Shown here in pieces: positions 61,802 to 64,000 of a stretch of DNA of 64,000 bases. Under the pieces are notes generated by a model. It was given only the letters and a program-made list of their open reading frames with translations, had not been told where the DNA came from and ran no database searches. The position numbers were made by a program, and so were the translations under genes. The DNA lies in contig OZ220089.1 of assembly GCA_964291625.2 (NCBI GenBank), positions 544,001 to 608,000 on the forward strand, read 5' to 3'. The stretch is from Candidatus Latescibacterota bacterium. Lineage in GTDB: Bacteria > Latescibacterota > UBA2968 > UBA8231. Each line of letters begins with the position of its first letter. Within the stretch, counting starts at the first letter, position 1.

Positions 61802-64000
61802 TTGCGCCTGACCCATCTCGACCTCTTCGGCTTCAAGTCCTTCCTCGACAAGACCGAGATCCCCTTCGGCCCCGGGATCTCCGGGATCGTGGGTCCCAAC
61901 GGCTGCGGCAAGTCCAACATCGTCGAGGCGATCCGCTGGGTCCTCGGCGAGCAGCGCGCCGGCGCCGTCCGCGGCCACCGCATGGAGGACGTGATCTTCG
62001 CCGGCACCCGGGGCCGCAAACCCCTGGGGATGTGCGAGGTATCGCTGACCATCGACAACGCCGAGCAGGGGTTGGCCATCGACTACTCGGAGGTGACGCT
62101 CACCCGCCGCCTCTTCCGCTCGGGCGACAGCGACTATCTGCTGAACAAGGTCCCCTGCCGGCTCCTCGACATCCAGAACCTGCTGATGGACACCGGCCTG
62201 GGCCCGGGAGCCTACTCCGTCATGGAGCAGGGGATGGTCGACGAGATCGTCGACGACCGGACCGAGAACCGCCGCCGCATCCTCGAGGAGGCGGCGGGGA
62301 TCACCAAGTACAAGGCCCGCCGGCGGTCGACCTGGAGCAAGCTCGAGTCGACGCGGGCGGACCTGCAGCGCATCGAGGACGTCGTCGGCGAGATCAAGCG
62401 CAACGTCGACCTCCTCGGACGGCAGGTGGGCAGGGCCCGCCGCTACCAGGAGCTCAAGGCCGAGCTCGACGACCTCGACGTGCGCCACGGACGGCACGAG
62501 TTCTTCTCTCTTCAGGAGCGGCTGCAGCCCCTGCAGCAGGAGTTCGACGAGCTGTCGAGAACGGTCGAGGCGGGGCTGACGAGGTTCACGGGCCTCGAAG
62601 CGGAGCTGGAGACGGAGCGCCTCGGCCTCACCGAGTCCGAGGGAGCCCTGCAGGAGGCCGGCCGGCGCCTCTCGCAGTGCCAGGAAGAGATCCACGCCCT
62701 CGACACGCACCTCGTCTCGTCGCGGGAGCAGCGCAAGGCCAGGGACGAGTCGATGCAGCGGGCCTCCGAACAGCGGGAGGAGTCCCGGCGCCAGCTTGGC
62801 GAGGCCGGGGCCCGCCTCGACGAGACCCGATCAAGCCTGGAGCGGTCGGAGGCCGAGGCCGCCGGAATGGCGGACCGCCTGCGGTCCCAGAAGGAGAGGA
62901 CCGGCGCCGCCGACGAGGAGTTCGACTCCGTCCGAGCTGGCCTGGAGGGCGAGAACCGCCGCCTGCGCGAGCTGCTGCGCGAGAAGAGCGAGGGCAGCGA
63001 GTCGATGGCCCGCCTGCGCAGCGAGCGCCAGGGGCTGGAACAGATGGCGGAGCACCTGCGCGCCGAGGCCGCCGAGGACGACGACGGCCTGAACCAGGCC
63101 CGCGGGTCGGTGGCGGCGGCCGAGTCGTTGCTGGAGACGCGCCGGGGGCGGATCACGGCCATCTCCGCCGCCCTGGACTCTGCCGCCAGGCGAGGGTCCG
63201 AAGCCGCCTCGGCGGCCTCCGCCCACGGCGGTCCCCTGGCCGACCTGCGCCGCGACATCGAGTCCGGGCGCGCCCGCCTGCAGGGTCTGGAGCGGCTGCG
63301 CTCCGGGTACGAGGGCTACGGCGGGGGAGTCCGGGAACTGCTCGTCGATTCCCCCTGCTCCGGGCTGTTCGAGGGCGTCCTCGGGGACCTGATCGAGGTC
63401 GAGCCAGGCCTGGAACGCGCCGTGGAGACCGCCCTGGGCGATGCCGTGGAGGCCCTCGTGGCCCGCGGGGACGAGGGCCTGCTGGAGGCCCTGGAGTACC
63501 TCCGCGGCCGCTCCGGCCGCGCCGGGATCTACCCCCTCTCCTGGCAGACCGGCCCCGGGGAACCGGCCGTGGACCCGAGCGGCGTCGACGGGGTCTCGGG
63601 GCCCTTGGCGGAGCGGGTCCGGGCGGGGGACCACCTGGCTCCGCTGTTGAACCGGCTGCTGCACAACACCTTCGTCGTGGACGATCTGCCCACGGCTGTC
63701 GCCCTCGCCCGCCGGCACCGCGGACTGCCCATGCGCCTGGTGACCGCCGGCGGCGAGGGGATCGGCACCGACGGCCGCCTGACCGGAGGCGCCGAGGCGC
63801 CGGAGGAGGGCCTGCTCCACCGGCGGCGGGAGATCGCCGAACTGCGCTTCGCTCTGTCCCGCCGGCAGGCGCGTCTGGCTGCTGCCGAGGCGCTGGCCGC
63901 GGCGGAGGTCAGGCGCTGCGGCATCCTCGATGCCCGCGTCGAGGCCCTGACCCGGGGGCTGGAGGACGAAAGCCGGGCCGAAGCCGGAGAGCGCCTGCAA
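61802..64000 (+). CDS. smc: Chromosome partition protein Smc (5' part; runs off the window; absent from the ORF track)
   Basis: TTG 61802 after GAGGAG; RLTHLDLFGFKSF, GPNGCGKSNIVEAIRWVLGEQ, MEDVIFAGT, LEEAAGITKYK; coiled coil; hinge region GVLGDLIEV...AVETALG. Confidence 0.95.
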   Translation, partial: MRLTHLDLFGFKSFLDKTEIPFGPGISGIVGPNGCGKSNIVEAIRWVLGEQRAGAVRGHRMEDVIFAGTRGRKPLGMCEVSLTIDNAEQGLAIDYSEVTLTRRLFRSGDSDYLLNKVPCRLLDIQNLLMDTGLGPGAYSVMEQGMVDEIVDDRTENRRRILEEAAGITKYKARRRSTWSKLESTRADLQRIEDVVGEIKRNVDLLGRQVGRARRYQELKAELDDLDVRHGRHEFFSLQERLQPLQQEFDELSRTVEAGLTRFTGLEAELETERLGLTESEGALQEAGRRLSQCQEEIHALDTHLVSSREQRKARDESMQRASEQREESRRQLGEAGARLDETRSSLERSEAEAAGMADRLRSQKERTGAADEEFDSVRAGLEGENRRLRELLREKSEGSESMARLRSERQGLEQMAEHLRAEAAEDDDGLNQARGSVAAAESLLETRRGRITAISAALDSAARRGSEAASAASAHGGPLADLRRDIESGRARLQGLERLRSGYEGYGGGVRELLVDSPCSGLFEGVLGDLIEVEPGLERAVETALGDAVEALVARGDEGLLEALEYLRGRSGRAGIYPLSWQTGPGEPAVDPSGVDGVSGPLAERVRAGDHLAPLLNRLLHNTFVVDDLPTAVALARRHRGLPMRLVTAGGEGIGTDGRLTGGAEAPEEGLLHRRREIAELRFALSRRQARLAAAEALAAAEVRRCGILDARVEALTRGLEDESRAEAGERLQ

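Overview
A high-GC (about 70% by eye) Gram-negative bacterial chromosome segment. The FlgD-Ig/CHU_C-type C-terminal domains, the SAVExxSW[GA]RIKA tails, a lipoprotein-type LptC, DUF4838 and anSME suggest an FCB-superphylum organism such as Latescibacterota; this is inference, not a taxonomic search. Housekeeping genes are clpP, mutM, an ABC-F ATPase, fhs, fabI, gatC-pyrG-lptC/A-lptB-rpoN and a partial smc that the ORF track misses. I saw no tRNA, rRNA, CRISPR array, transposase or integrase. Two loci stand out. (1) At 17.9-28.6 kb, a 2472-aa protein carries a UDP-glucose/GDP-mannose-dehydrogenase-like enzyme (catalytic K/N/C/D intact, expanded by about 750 aa of insertions) fused to a C-terminal ATP-grasp ligase. 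It is translationally coupled to a second ATP-grasp ligase and followed by a divergent fucokinase-like GHMP kinase and fabI. (2) At 34.7-54.6 kb, a 20-kb envelope cluster encodes three paralogous secreted discoidin/Ca-binding/FlgD-Ig proteins, a probable novel outer-membrane beta-barrel, two paralogous lipoproteins, a double-parvulin chaperone, a GT-C+TPR glycosyltransferase, an SGNH+TPR protein and a protein with a conserved C-terminal tail. It looks like a dedicated export/surface-display system. Smaller signals: a triple-RidA/ThDP-decarboxylase/LarA/KduD operon, a triple DUF5069 protein, a 116-bp diverged duplication holding alternative 3' ends for two convergent genes, a reverse sigma54 site beside the rpoN promoter, a structured AT-rich leader and two probable CTG starts. 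All family assignments come from recognising motifs by eye, not from database searches.
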